The notes: a model not told the origin generated them from the sequence alone. Shown: positions 25,294 through 32,168, counted from the first letter of the stretch. The stretch is 36,799 bases of DNA from Acidimicrobiales bacterium (GCA_035249805.1 DATFFY010000494.1:1-36799), one strand, 5' to 3'. Numbers and translations: made by a program.

Positions 25294-25745
25294 GCCCGCG
25301 GCGCCGAGGACCAGGTCGGACGGCGGTCGTGGACCATCGCCAAGCGGGCGAGGGTGAGCGCAGCGAGGAGGAGCCCGAAGTCCCGCAGGGCGATGTCGTA
25401 GTAGTCAGCCTGCAGGAGGAGGCTCGTGATGATCCCCGCCAGCCAGGCGGCCACGAGATAGCCACCGAACCGCGGTCGGATGGCGACGACGAGGCCGGCG
25501 ACGATCTCGATCACCCCGACGGCGAGCATGGCCTGGTGGGCGTTGCCCGGAACGATGTCGTTCAGCTCGGGGGCGAGGTAGATGCGCCAGTCCACGAGCC
25601 AGTCGAGGAACTTGTCGAGCCCGAACAGGATCGGAGCGACGGTGAACCCGATGCGGAGCAGCGTGAAGGCCTGGAACGCTGGGTCGTCGAGCAGCGGACG
25701 GGTGGTCAACACCGAGACCGGTCGGTGCACCTGTGTCGTGGCCAT
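25290..25745 (-). CDS. DoxX-like small membrane protein
   Basis: 151 aa with 4 hydrophobic segments (FTLLRIGFTVAPILFGLDKF, AMLAVGVIEIVAGLVVAI, GGYLVAAWLAGIITSLLL, FGLLLAALTLARLA). GGAG upstream of ATG 25745. Family assignment tentative. Confidence 0.55.
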   Translation of the reverse strand: MATTQVHRPVSVLTTRPLLDDPAFQAFTLLRIGFTVAPILFGLDKFLDWLVDWRIYLAPELNDIVPGNAHQAMLAVGVIEIVAGLVVAIRPRFGGYLVAAWLAGIITSLLLQADYYDIALRDFGLLLAALTLARLAMVHDRRPTWSSAPRA

Positions 25746-25771
25746 GCGAGCTCCTTCTAATGTCGGGTGTT

Positions 25772-25824
25772 GTTGACCATAGAACCCTTGGCGGTCTTAC
25801 GTCAACCGCTCTCTGTTTTAGACT
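25772..25824. promoter_or_regulatory. divergent promoter region repeating the architecture seen at 22274-22324
   Basis: GTTGAC 25772-25777 ... GTCAAC 25801-25806. ACGTCAA (25799-25805)-N11-TTTAGA (25817-25822), the same spacing as 22299-22322. TAGACT 25819-25824 lies 6 nt before ATG 25831. Confidence 0.4.
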
Positions 25825-25830
25825 TGGACC

Positions 25831-26310
25831 ATGCACCGGACCATGACGGGCTTCCACCTGGACGACGTCGGCGACTGGGTGGCGGAGCTGTCCTGCCTCC
25901 ACCGCCAGCACATCCGCCACCAGCCTCCGTTCTGGGAGGCGAGCTGGATCGAGGACCCCGACGAGCGCACCGCCCGCATCGGTGCGCTTCTCGATTGCCC
26001 GCTGTGCGACAGAGCGCAGCTCCCCGATGGTCTGCGTGTCGTCAGGCGCACCCCCACGTGGGACGAGAGATCCACCCCACCAGGCCTGCGGGGAGCACAC
26101 CGCCTGGCCGCCGGGACCTGGGCCGTGCTCGAGGTCGAGGCGGGAACGGTCCGCTTGATCGCCGAGACCACCCCGACGCTCGACGTGACCGTGACCGTCG
26201 GTCACCCTCAGCCGATCCCGCCCGAGCTCGATCACCACATCGAGGTCGGGCCCGACGCCCGGTTCCACGTCCTGTTCCTGGCCCCGCAAGAAACTTCGAG
26301 AAAGAACTAG
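25831..26310 (+). CDS. DUF3565 plus TehB-N-terminal-like (DUF1971) two-domain protein
   Basis: WVAELSCLHRQHIRHQPPFWEASWI...CPLCD (DUF3565-like Cys/His pattern), followed by TPPGLRGAHRLAAGTWAVLEVEAGTVRL (DUF1971/TehB N-domain-like). Confidence 0.65.
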   Translation: MHRTMTGFHLDDVGDWVAELSCLHRQHIRHQPPFWEASWIEDPDERTARIGALLDCPLCDRAQLPDGLRVVRRTPTWDERSTPPGLRGAHRLAAGTWAVLEVEAGTVRLIAETTPTLDVTVTVGHPQPIPPELDHHIEVGPDARFHVLFLAPQETSRKN

Positions 26311-26505
26311 AAAAAACCGACGACCCGGCCTATGGTCGGTCCATGGCTCGTCGGCTCCCTCATCTCGCGTCCGAGGCATGGCTCCTCGGCGACGTGGGTG
26401 ACGACTGGCGCTCCCTCCTCCTTGGCGCACCGCCCGGGCTGGCCTGACCCGCTAGCTCCGCACCGCTCCGGCCAACGCCGCGAGCCACACAAGGAAGGTT
26501 CAACC

Positions 26506-26895
26506 ATGGCACCCGATGTCGCATCGCCGCGCGCACCCGTCGGTCTTTCGAGCGAACGCGTCGTCCTGCTTCGAGCGAAGCTGCTCTGCGAGCTGGCTGA
26601 ACAGCTGCAGCAAGGTGACGAAGCCCGCGCCACCGCCATCGCGCTCACCGGACAGAGCGACGTCGACAGCCTGCTGGAACGTGAAGTAGCGGGCGCGACC
26701 GCGTCCCGAGCCGCCGCGGCAGCCAGCGAGGTCCAGCACGCGCTCGCACGACTCGAGATCGGTACCTACGGCTGCTGTGAGGGATGCGGTGCTCCCATCC
26801 CCTTCGAGCGCCTCGAGGTGATACCGCACACGCGTCGCTGCACCGGATGCTCGTCCTCGGGAGCTCCGCCCCGCGGCTCGGGCAGCGCAGCCTGA
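26506..26895 (+). CDS. TraR/DksA-family C4 zinc-finger protein
   Basis: AAGGAAGG 9 nt upstream of ATG 26506. Coiled-coil-like N-part, then YGCCEGCGAPIPFERLEVIPHTRRCTGC (CxxC-N17-CxxC). Confidence 0.8.
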   Translation: MAPDVASPRAPVGLSSERVVLLRAKLLCELAEQLQQGDEARATAIALTGQSDVDSLLEREVAGATASRAAAAASEVQHALARLEIGTYGCCEGCGAPIPFERLEVIPHTRRCTGCSSSGAPPRGSGSAA

Positions 26896-26989
26896 CCAGC
26901 TCGCGGTGAGCGGGCCGGCTGCCGCCGCCCTCAGGCCCGGCCCGCTCGCCGTCCCTCTGACCCAGCCCAACCAGTCCAAGGAGAGACCC

Positions 26990-27370
26990 ATGACCATGTA
27001 CCGCCCCCTCATCGGTGGGATCGCGCTAGCGCTTGGCCTCACCGCCTGTGGGGATGACGACGCCGCCACCGCTCCCAGCAGCACTCCGAGGTCGGCCGAG
27101 TCCGTCGTCGAGGTCGTGGCGACCGACATCGCGTTCGACGCCGACGCCTACGAGGCCTCCGCCGGCACCGTCACGATCGAGTACCGCAACGACGGTGCCA
27201 TCCCCCACACCCTGGTGATCGAGGACGTCGCGGGCTTCAAGCTCGACGTGCCCAACACGGCCGCGGAGGACAAGGGCACCACCGATCTCGAGTCGGGCGA
27301 CTACGTCCTCTACTGCGACATCCCGGGCCACCGCGATGCCGGCATGGAAGCCACCCTCAGCGTCGCCTGA
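26990..27370 (+). CDS. cupredoxin (plastocyanin/azurin-like) lipoprotein
   Basis: AAGGAGA upstream of ATG 26990. Signal plus lipobox IGGIALALGLTAC. Type-1 Cu ligand pattern IPHTLVI ... YCDIPGHRDAGM. Confidence 0.85.
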   Translation: MTMYRPLIGGIALALGLTACGDDDAATAPSSTPRSAESVVEVVATDIAFDADAYEASAGTVTIEYRNDGAIPHTLVIEDVAGFKLDVPNTAAEDKGTTDLESGDYVLYCDIPGHRDAGMEATLSVA

Positions 27371-27408
27371 GCAGGCACGGCTTCAGGTCCCGTCGTTCCC
27401 GCGGTACC

Positions 27409-27819
27409 TCAGGCCAGCCAGCTGACCCCCAGGATCCGACGGGCAAGGGTGCCGGCCATCCGGCTCGCGTGATCCTTGGCGGCGTCAGCCCGCGGTCCGC
27501 TCCAACGGGCATCGACCGAGGACGCGAAGAGCTCGTACCACCGGTCGAAGTACTCCAGCTGAAAGCTCTGCAGCTCGTGCACGTGCAGGTGGGGTCGAAG
27601 GATGTACCCGTCATAGGACGGGTCGCCGAGCAGGACGCGAGCCCAGTAGTCGATGAGCCTCGGGATGTGCTGTGACCAGTCGACCTCTGCCACCTCGTCG
27701 AAGACCGGGCCGAGCACCGGATCGAACGTGATCTCCCGATAGAAGTCGATGACGAGGTCGTGGATCTCAGTGCGGGTGGCGAGGTCGGGCTTGGCTTCGG
27801 TCATCTGGTCCTTGGTCAC
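27409..27819 (-). CDS. group III truncated hemoglobin
   Basis: IHDLVIDFYREITFDPVLGPVFDEVAEVDWSQHIPRLIDYWARVLLGDPSYDGYILRPHLHVH...YFDRWYELF matches the trHb-III (Ctb-like) pattern. GTG 27819 is preceded by GAAGG. Confidence 0.8.
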   Translation of the reverse strand: MTKDQMTEAKPDLATRTEIHDLVIDFYREITFDPVLGPVFDEVAEVDWSQHIPRLIDYWARVLLGDPSYDGYILRPHLHVHELQSFQLEYFDRWYELFASSVDARWSGPRADAAKDHASRMAGTLARRILGVSWLA

Positions 27820-27874
27820 GGATCCGACCTTCTTTATTCTGCGATCTGCTAGAACAATAGCCTAGGCTGCCGCG

Positions 27875-28312
27875 ATGAGCATCACTCGGTGGAGCCTGGT
27901 CCGGTTCGCTCATGTGCTGGCGGCGATGGGCTGGGTCGGCGGGCAGCTCCTGTTCAGCAGCGTGGTCCTGCCTGTGCTGCGAGACGCGCTGGGTCCCCGG
28001 GAGCGCACTCCCCTGATCCGCCTGGCAGCGATGCGCTTCGCGACGATCGCGAACCTCGTGCTCCTCCCCACCCTGGTCGTCACGGGGGTAGCCCTCGCAT
28101 GGCACCGCGGGGTGCGCTTCGACACCCTCACCGAGCCAGGCTATGGCCGGCTGCTGGCGATCAAGCTGGTGCTGGTCGTCTTGTCGATCGCCTTGGCCGC
28201 CGTGCACGGTGTCCTCGCCACCCGCAAGCCGCGAAGCGCTCGCCCTCTCGGCGTGGCCAGCCTGGGGACCTCCATCACCATCGTCATCTTCGCAACCGCG
28301 CTGGTCCCCTAG
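27875..28312 (+). CDS. 4-TM membrane protein, CopD/HemJ-like (tentative)
   Basis: 145 aa. TM1 RFAHVLAAMGWVGGQLLF resembles the H-x6-W-x-G motif of CopD/HemJ-type proteins, and TM3 is LLAIKLVLVVLSIALAAVHG. No SD. TAGGCT lies 6 nt before the ATG (leaderless geometry). Confidence 0.5.
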   Translation: MSITRWSLVRFAHVLAAMGWVGGQLLFSSVVLPVLRDALGPRERTPLIRLAAMRFATIANLVLLPTLVVTGVALAWHRGVRFDTLTEPGYGRLLAIKLVLVVLSIALAAVHGVLATRKPRSARPLGVASLGTSITIVIFATALVP

Positions 28313-28325
28313 GCCCGGCAGACGT

Positions 28326-28961
28326 TCACCGGTTGGGCTGCGCCGTCGTGCGGAGGTAGTGCGTGTGGGTCGTGAAGCCCTTCGGGAACTCGACCTTCGC
28401 GTCCTCATCGGACACTGCCGGGGAGATGATCACGTCGTCCCCCTCGTTCCAGTCCACCGGCGTGGAGACCGGGAACTCCGCGCTGAGCTGCAGAGCGTCG
28501 AGCACCCGGATGACCTCGTCGATGTTCCGGCCGATCGAGGCCGGGTAGGTGAGTGTGAGCTGCACCTTCTTGTCCGGCCCGATGACGAACACGGTGCGCA
28601 CCGTCGAGGTGGCCAGCGCCTCGGGGTGGATCATCCCGTACAGCTCCGCGACGACGCGGTCCGGGTCGCCGATGAGGGGAAAGTTGGGTGCCACGCCCTG
28701 GGTCGCCGCGATGTCCGCCGACCAGCCCTCGTGCGACGAGACGTCGTTGACGCTGATCCCGATGAGCTTGGTGTTGCGCTTCGTGAACTCGTCCTTGCGC
28801 CTGGCGAAGGCGCCCAGCTCCGTGGTGCACACGGGCGTGAAGTCCGCCGGGTGCGAGAAGAGGACGCCCCAGCTGTCGCCGAGGTACTCGTGCAGGGACA
28901 CCTTCCCCTCCGTGGTGTCCGCGGTGAAGTCAGGGGCTGTCTGGCCGAGCTGGATCGTCAT
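28326..28961 (-). CDS. 1-Cys peroxiredoxin (Prx6-type)
   Basis: APDFTADTTEGKVSLHEYLGDSWGVLFSHPADFTPVCTTELG...LIGISVN...TVRTVFVIGPDKKV...GRNIDEVIRVLDALQ. No resolving Cys seen. Confidence 0.9.
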   Translation of the reverse strand: MTIQLGQTAPDFTADTTEGKVSLHEYLGDSWGVLFSHPADFTPVCTTELGAFARRKDEFTKRNTKLIGISVNDVSSHEGWSADIAATQGVAPNFPLIGDPDRVVAELYGMIHPEALATSTVRTVFVIGPDKKVQLTLTYPASIGRNIDEVIRVLDALQLSAEFPVSTPVDWNEGDDVIISPAVSDEDAKVEFPKGFTTHTHYLRTTAQPNR

Positions 28962-28973
28962 GAGGCGCTGCTT

Positions 28974-28993
28974 TCTCTAGTAAGTACTAGAGA
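28974..28993. promoter_or_regulatory. 20-bp palindrome TCTCTAGTA-AG-TACTAGAGA (operator candidate, site 1)
   Basis: 9-bp perfect arms. Lies 12 nt upstream of the peroxiredoxin ATG (28961) and downstream of the HTH-regulator stop (29031). Core is TCTAGT-N4-ACTAGA. Confidence 0.6.
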
Positions 28994-29030
28994 ATCTAAC
29001 AGAACGGTGTGCCGCCCCGGTCAGGCCTCG

Positions 29031-29690
29031 TCAGGAAGGTTGGAAGTGCACTGCGAGCTCGCAACCGGCCTTGCGCGGATCCTTGGCGACGAGCTTCTCG
29101 ACGGAGGCGTCGGTGCCCTCGACGAGTCCCTCCGCGAGCCCGAGGTGCAGCTGGCACACGGTCTCGCGGTCGGCCATCACCGTGGTCACGAACGGACAGC
29201 GATCGAGGACGACCTTTCCCCGCGCCCCTCGCCGGCGAGCGCGAGGGGCGAACCCCTGGCGTGCCATCGCGATCGTGAGCGTCTCGAGCGGGTCGGCGTC
29301 GGCGGGAAGCTCGGCTCGCATGAGCCTCCCGGCATCACGACCGACCTCCACTGCGGTGCGGCCCGACCTGATGATCTCCGTGAGGAGCACTGTCAGGCGT
29401 TCGTAGGGACCGGTGACCCCCCAGCGGCTGTCCACCCCGGGCGCCACCTCATAGACGAGGCGCGGGCGGCCCCGCCCGATGGCCGCTGCCTTCTCCTCGA
29501 TCACCAGGCCGGCGGCAAGGAGCTTCGCGAGGTGCTGGCGGATCGCGTTGTGGTTGAGACCCATGAGATCGGTCAGCTCCGCGATGTCCACGGGCCGCCC
29601 AGCGCTGGCGACGTGGCTGAAGATCGCATGCCGCGTCGGATCGCCCAAGGCGCGGGCTTCTTGCTGAAGGCTCACCGACGCGGTCGTCAC
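29031..29690 (-). CDS. ArsR-like winged-HTH regulator with a Cys-containing C-terminal domain (paralog of 22840..23544)
   Basis: GTG 29690. LGDPTRHAIFSHVASAGRPVDIAELTDLMGLNHNAIRQHLAKLLAAGLV...GRGRPRLVY. C-terminal VVLDRCPFVTTVMADRETVCQLHLGLAEG...KAGC. Confidence 0.75.
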   Translation of the reverse strand: MTTASVSLQQEARALGDPTRHAIFSHVASAGRPVDIAELTDLMGLNHNAIRQHLAKLLAAGLVIEEKAAAIGRGRPRLVYEVAPGVDSRWGVTGPYERLTVLLTEIIRSGRTAVEVGRDAGRLMRAELPADADPLETLTIAMARQGFAPRARRRGARGKVVLDRCPFVTTVMADRETVCQLHLGLAEGLVEGTDASVEKLVAKDPRKAGCELAVHFQPS

Positions 29691-29712
29691 GCCCGAAGGG
29701 TACCCGACTTCT

Positions 29713-29728
29713 TCTACTCCGTACTAGA
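29713..29728. promoter_or_regulatory. operator candidate, site 2: TCTACT-CCGT-ACTAGA (one arm mismatch)
   Basis: 22 nt upstream of the regulator GTG (29690) in the divergent intergenic region. Shares GTACTAGAG with site 1. Confidence 0.5.
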
Positions 29729-29768
29729 GGCAGAGTTCGCCCGGGATCGGTGGTCATCGTCGTTTTTT

Positions 29769-29784
29769 TCTAGTAGACACTAGA
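29769..29784. promoter_or_regulatory. operator candidate, site 3: TCTAGT-AGAC-ACTAGA
   Basis: Perfect 6-bp arms. Preceded by a T7 run (29763-29769) and ends 1 nt before ATG 29786. Contains TAGACA 6 nt upstream of the ATG. Confidence 0.6.
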
Positions 29785-29785
29785 T

Positions 29786-30187
29786 ATGACTACGCTCACG
29801 GAGTCGACCTCGCAGGCAGCCAGCGACGGGCCCATGGGCGAGGTGCCCAGGACCCTACGAGCGGTGGTCCGAGGTTCGCTCATCGGCGTCGTCGTCGCGT
29901 TCACGGGAGTCGGGGGATCCCTCTACCTGTCTGGCCACGACGCCGGCGTGGCGCTCGGCATCGGAGGTATGGCGGCCTTCTGGGGAGGCCTCGGGTTCGG
30001 CTCCATGCTCGGTGGGACGCTGCACCTCATCCGGCATTCGGGCGAGCCCTACGGCCACTCCCGCGCGCCCGGGTCCCAAGCGGTTCCGTTGGGGAGACGG
30101 GACGCAGAGCTCACCCCGCGGCGGGCCGAGGCCTGGACACGACAGGTCGGAGGTGCCGCCGATGCCCCTGCTTCGTCGGGTTCTTGA
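29786..30187 (+). CDS. small membrane protein (2 predicted TM helices, Gly-zipper-like)
   Basis: 133 aa. SLIGVVVAFTGVGGSLYL and VALGIGGMAAFWGGLGFGSMLGG. No SD (leaderless geometry). The 3' end overlaps the next CDS by 26 nt. M17 (29834) is the alternative start. Confidence 0.55.
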   Translation: MTTLTESTSQAASDGPMGEVPRTLRAVVRGSLIGVVVAFTGVGGSLYLSGHDAGVALGIGGMAAFWGGLGFGSMLGGTLHLIRHSGEPYGHSRAPGSQAVPLGRRDAELTPRRAEAWTRQVGGAADAPASSGS

Positions 30188-32168
30188 TCCCCATCCCTGC
30201 GGGAGCCTCGTCCAGTACGAGCACCAAGGCGGAGGCCGAGGGCTCGCCCGCGCCCGCCGGCTGGGTCCCAGCGGCATCATCGCCGAGATCACCGCCGCCG
30301 GCCTGCGGGGCCGCGGCGGCGCCGGCTTCCGAGCTGGCGTCAAGTGGCAGACCGTCGCCGACAGCGCCTCCAGAACCGCGGGGACGTCCGTGGTGGTCAA
30401 CGGGGCCGAAGGCGAGCCCGGCACCTTCAAGGACAGGACCCTGCTCCGTTGCAACCCCTACAAGGTGCTCGAGGGCGCGCTGATCGCTGCGGTCGCAGTG
30501 GACGCGGCGGAGATCGTGGTCGGCCTCAAGCACGTGTTCGAGCGGGAGATCGCAGAGGTCTCCCGTGCGATCGTGGAGCTCCGGGAGGCGGGCTGGACGG
30601 ATGACCTTCGCGTCCGCGTCGTCGAAGGGCCGAGCAGCTACCTCTTCGGGGAGGAGACCGCGCTCCTCGAGGTCGTGGAGGGTCGGCAGCCCTTTCCCCG
30701 GGTCGATCCCCCATACCGGCGCGGCCTCGACCCCCTGCACCGGGATTCCGGTCACAGCGCGGCCCGTGTGCACCTCGCGGCGATCGGTGGGACCGACAGC
30801 CCGCCCGCGCTCGTCAACAACGTCGAGACCATGGCGAACGTGCCCGGCATCCTCGAGCACGGGCCCGACTGGTACCGAGCGATCGGCACCGACGAGTCGC
30901 CGGGAAGCCTTCTCTGCACGATCACCGGCCACACTCGCCGGCACGCCGTCGGGGAGGTGCCGATGGGCACCACCGTCCGGGAGGCCATCGCGCTGATCGG
31001 CGGGGGGCCTCGGGCCGGGCGACAGGTCCTCGCTGTCCTGTCCGGCGTCGCCAATCCGATCCTGCCGGCCGCACTGCTCGACACGCCGCTGTCCTTCGAG
31101 GCCCTGGCCCGCGTCGGGTCGGGCCTCGGGGCCGGCGGCCTCATCGTCTTCCAGGACGGCACGGACCTCCTCGACGTCGCCCATGCCGTTGCACGGTTCC
31201 TCGCAGTCGAGTCGTGCGGCCAATGCGAGCCGTGCAAGCGAGACGGCCTCGCCATCGCAGACGTCCTGGCGACGATCATCAGCGGACGAGGCAGCGACCG
31301 GGTAGAGCGTGAGCTCGTGGGACGCCTCGAGACGGTGACCCGTGGGGCGCGCTGTGCGCTCGCGACCCAGCAGGAGCAGGTGATCGCGAGCATCGTCGAG
31401 CTCCTCGACGGGCCGCTCGGCGGGTCCGATCCTCGCGGTGATGGTGCAGCGTTGCTCTTGCCTGTGGTGGACATCATCGAGGGCCGGGCCGTGCTCGACA
31501 CCGCCCAGGACACGAAGAACCCTGACTGGACCTACTCGCAGCGAGACTCCGGAAGCTGGCCCGCAGCTCGGCTCGGCAACGCACCGGTCCAGATCGGCCC
31601 AGCCCGGGTCCGGGAGGACCTGACGGCGAGCCGCATGGCATCCGTCGCCGTCCCGGTGACCGGCCCACGGCATCCACTCGCCAGCCTTGCCCACGCGCAC
31701 GATTCGCTCCTCGCTGACCTGAGGGCCGCCACCGAGGCTCCTCCTGCAGAGCGGGCACGGTCTCTACGAGCCCTGGCGAGCAAGCTTCTCGTGCACGTCG
31801 ACGTGACCCGGCGGGTGCTCTACCCGATGGTTCGCCGGGTTGCGGGCACCGAGGGCGACGCCTCGAGCGCGGACGGCTCCCGCAGTGAGCTCGCCGGCTT
31901 GCGCCTCGTCGAGGAGATGGAGAGGAGCAGCAGCCTGGTGGCCACTGATGACGACGCGCTGCAGCAGCTCGAGCAGCACCTACGCGCCCACATCGAGGCC
32001 GAGCGGGATCGAGTGATACCCCTTCTCGTCGCGTCGCTGGACCACGAAGCCCTCGACGCGCTCGAGAACGCGCTCAACGAGGCGCGCCTGCGAGCCCAGG
32101 ACGTCCACGGTCTGGAAGCCTCGCGAACCCGCGCGGCTCTGGAAGCGAACCTCGGAGAGGCCTCGTGA
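30162..32168 (+). CDS. orphan NuoF-like (complex I 51-kDa-type) flavo-iron-sulfur protein with a hemerythrin-like C-terminal extension
   Basis: GGAGG 10 nt upstream of ATG 30162. GLRGRGGAGFRAGVKW (NADH site), VVNGAEGEPGTFKDR, YLFGEETALLEVVEG (FMN site), and ESCGQCEPCKRDG...ARCAL (4Fe-4S Cys). About 230 extra C-terminal residues contain HVDVTRRVLYP and HIEAERDRVIPLL. Confidence 0.8.
   Translation: MPLLRRVLDPHPCGSLVQYEHQGGGRGLARARRLGPSGIIAEITAAGLRGRGGAGFRAGVKWQTVADSASRTAGTSVVVNGAEGEPGTFKDRTLLRCNPYKVLEGALIAAVAVDAAEIVVGLKHVFEREIAEVSRAIVELREAGWTDDLRVRVVEGPSSYLFGEETALLEVVEGRQPFPRVDPPYRRGLDPLHRDSGHSAARVHLAAIGGTDSPPALVNNVETMANVPGILEHGPDWYRAIGTDESPGSLLCTITGHTRRHAVGEVPMGTTVREAIALIGGGPRAGRQVLAVLSGVANPILPAALLDTPLSFEALARVGSGLGAGGLIVFQDGTDLLDVAHAVARFLAVESCGQCEPCKRDGLAIADVLATIISGRGSDRVERELVGRLETVTRGARCALATQQEQVIASIVELLDGPLGGSDPRGDGAALLLPVVDIIEGRAVLDTAQDTKNPDWTYSQRDSGSWPAARLGNAPVQIGPARVREDLTASRMASVAVPVTGPRHPLASLAHAHDSLLADLRAATEAPPAERARSLRALASKLLVHVDVTRRVLYPMVRRVAGTEGDASSADGSRSELAGLRLVEEMERSSSLVATDDDALQQLEQHLRAHIEAERDRVIPLLVASLDHEALDALENALNEARLRAQDVHGLEASRTRAALEANLGEAS

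Noticed and set aside
26307-26648. 113-aa minus-strand ORF that would give the terminator-like element at 26311-26354 a gene to terminate.
   Set aside because: It is antisense to the well-supported DksA/TraR-like gene and translates to S/R/C-rich low-complexity sequence. Shadow ORF.
27849-27866. CTAG-N9-CTAG (GCTAGAACAATAGCCTAGG) in the trHb/membrane-protein intergenic region as a fourth copy of the TCTAGT-N4-ACTAGA operator. Also single ACTAGA/GCTAGA half-sites at 26305-26310 and 23577-23582.
   Set aside because: The spacing between CTAG cores is 9 rather than 6 and the sequence is not palindromic. The isolated half-sites have no partner arm. They may matter but do not match the operator model.
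29691-29785. DosR-type (GGGAC...GTCCC) or Rex-type (TTGTGAA...TTCACAA) boxes upstream of the USP/NuoF-like operon.
   Set aside because: None found by eye in this or the neighbouring intergenic regions. Only the TCTAGT-N4-ACTAGA palindromes are present.
30162-30187. 26-nt overlap between the membrane-protein ORF and the NuoF-like ORF as a programmed frameshift site making a fusion.
   Set aside because: The NuoF-like gene has its own GGAGG plus ATG, and I saw no slippery heptamer or downstream structure. Ordinary overlapping genes is the simpler explanation.
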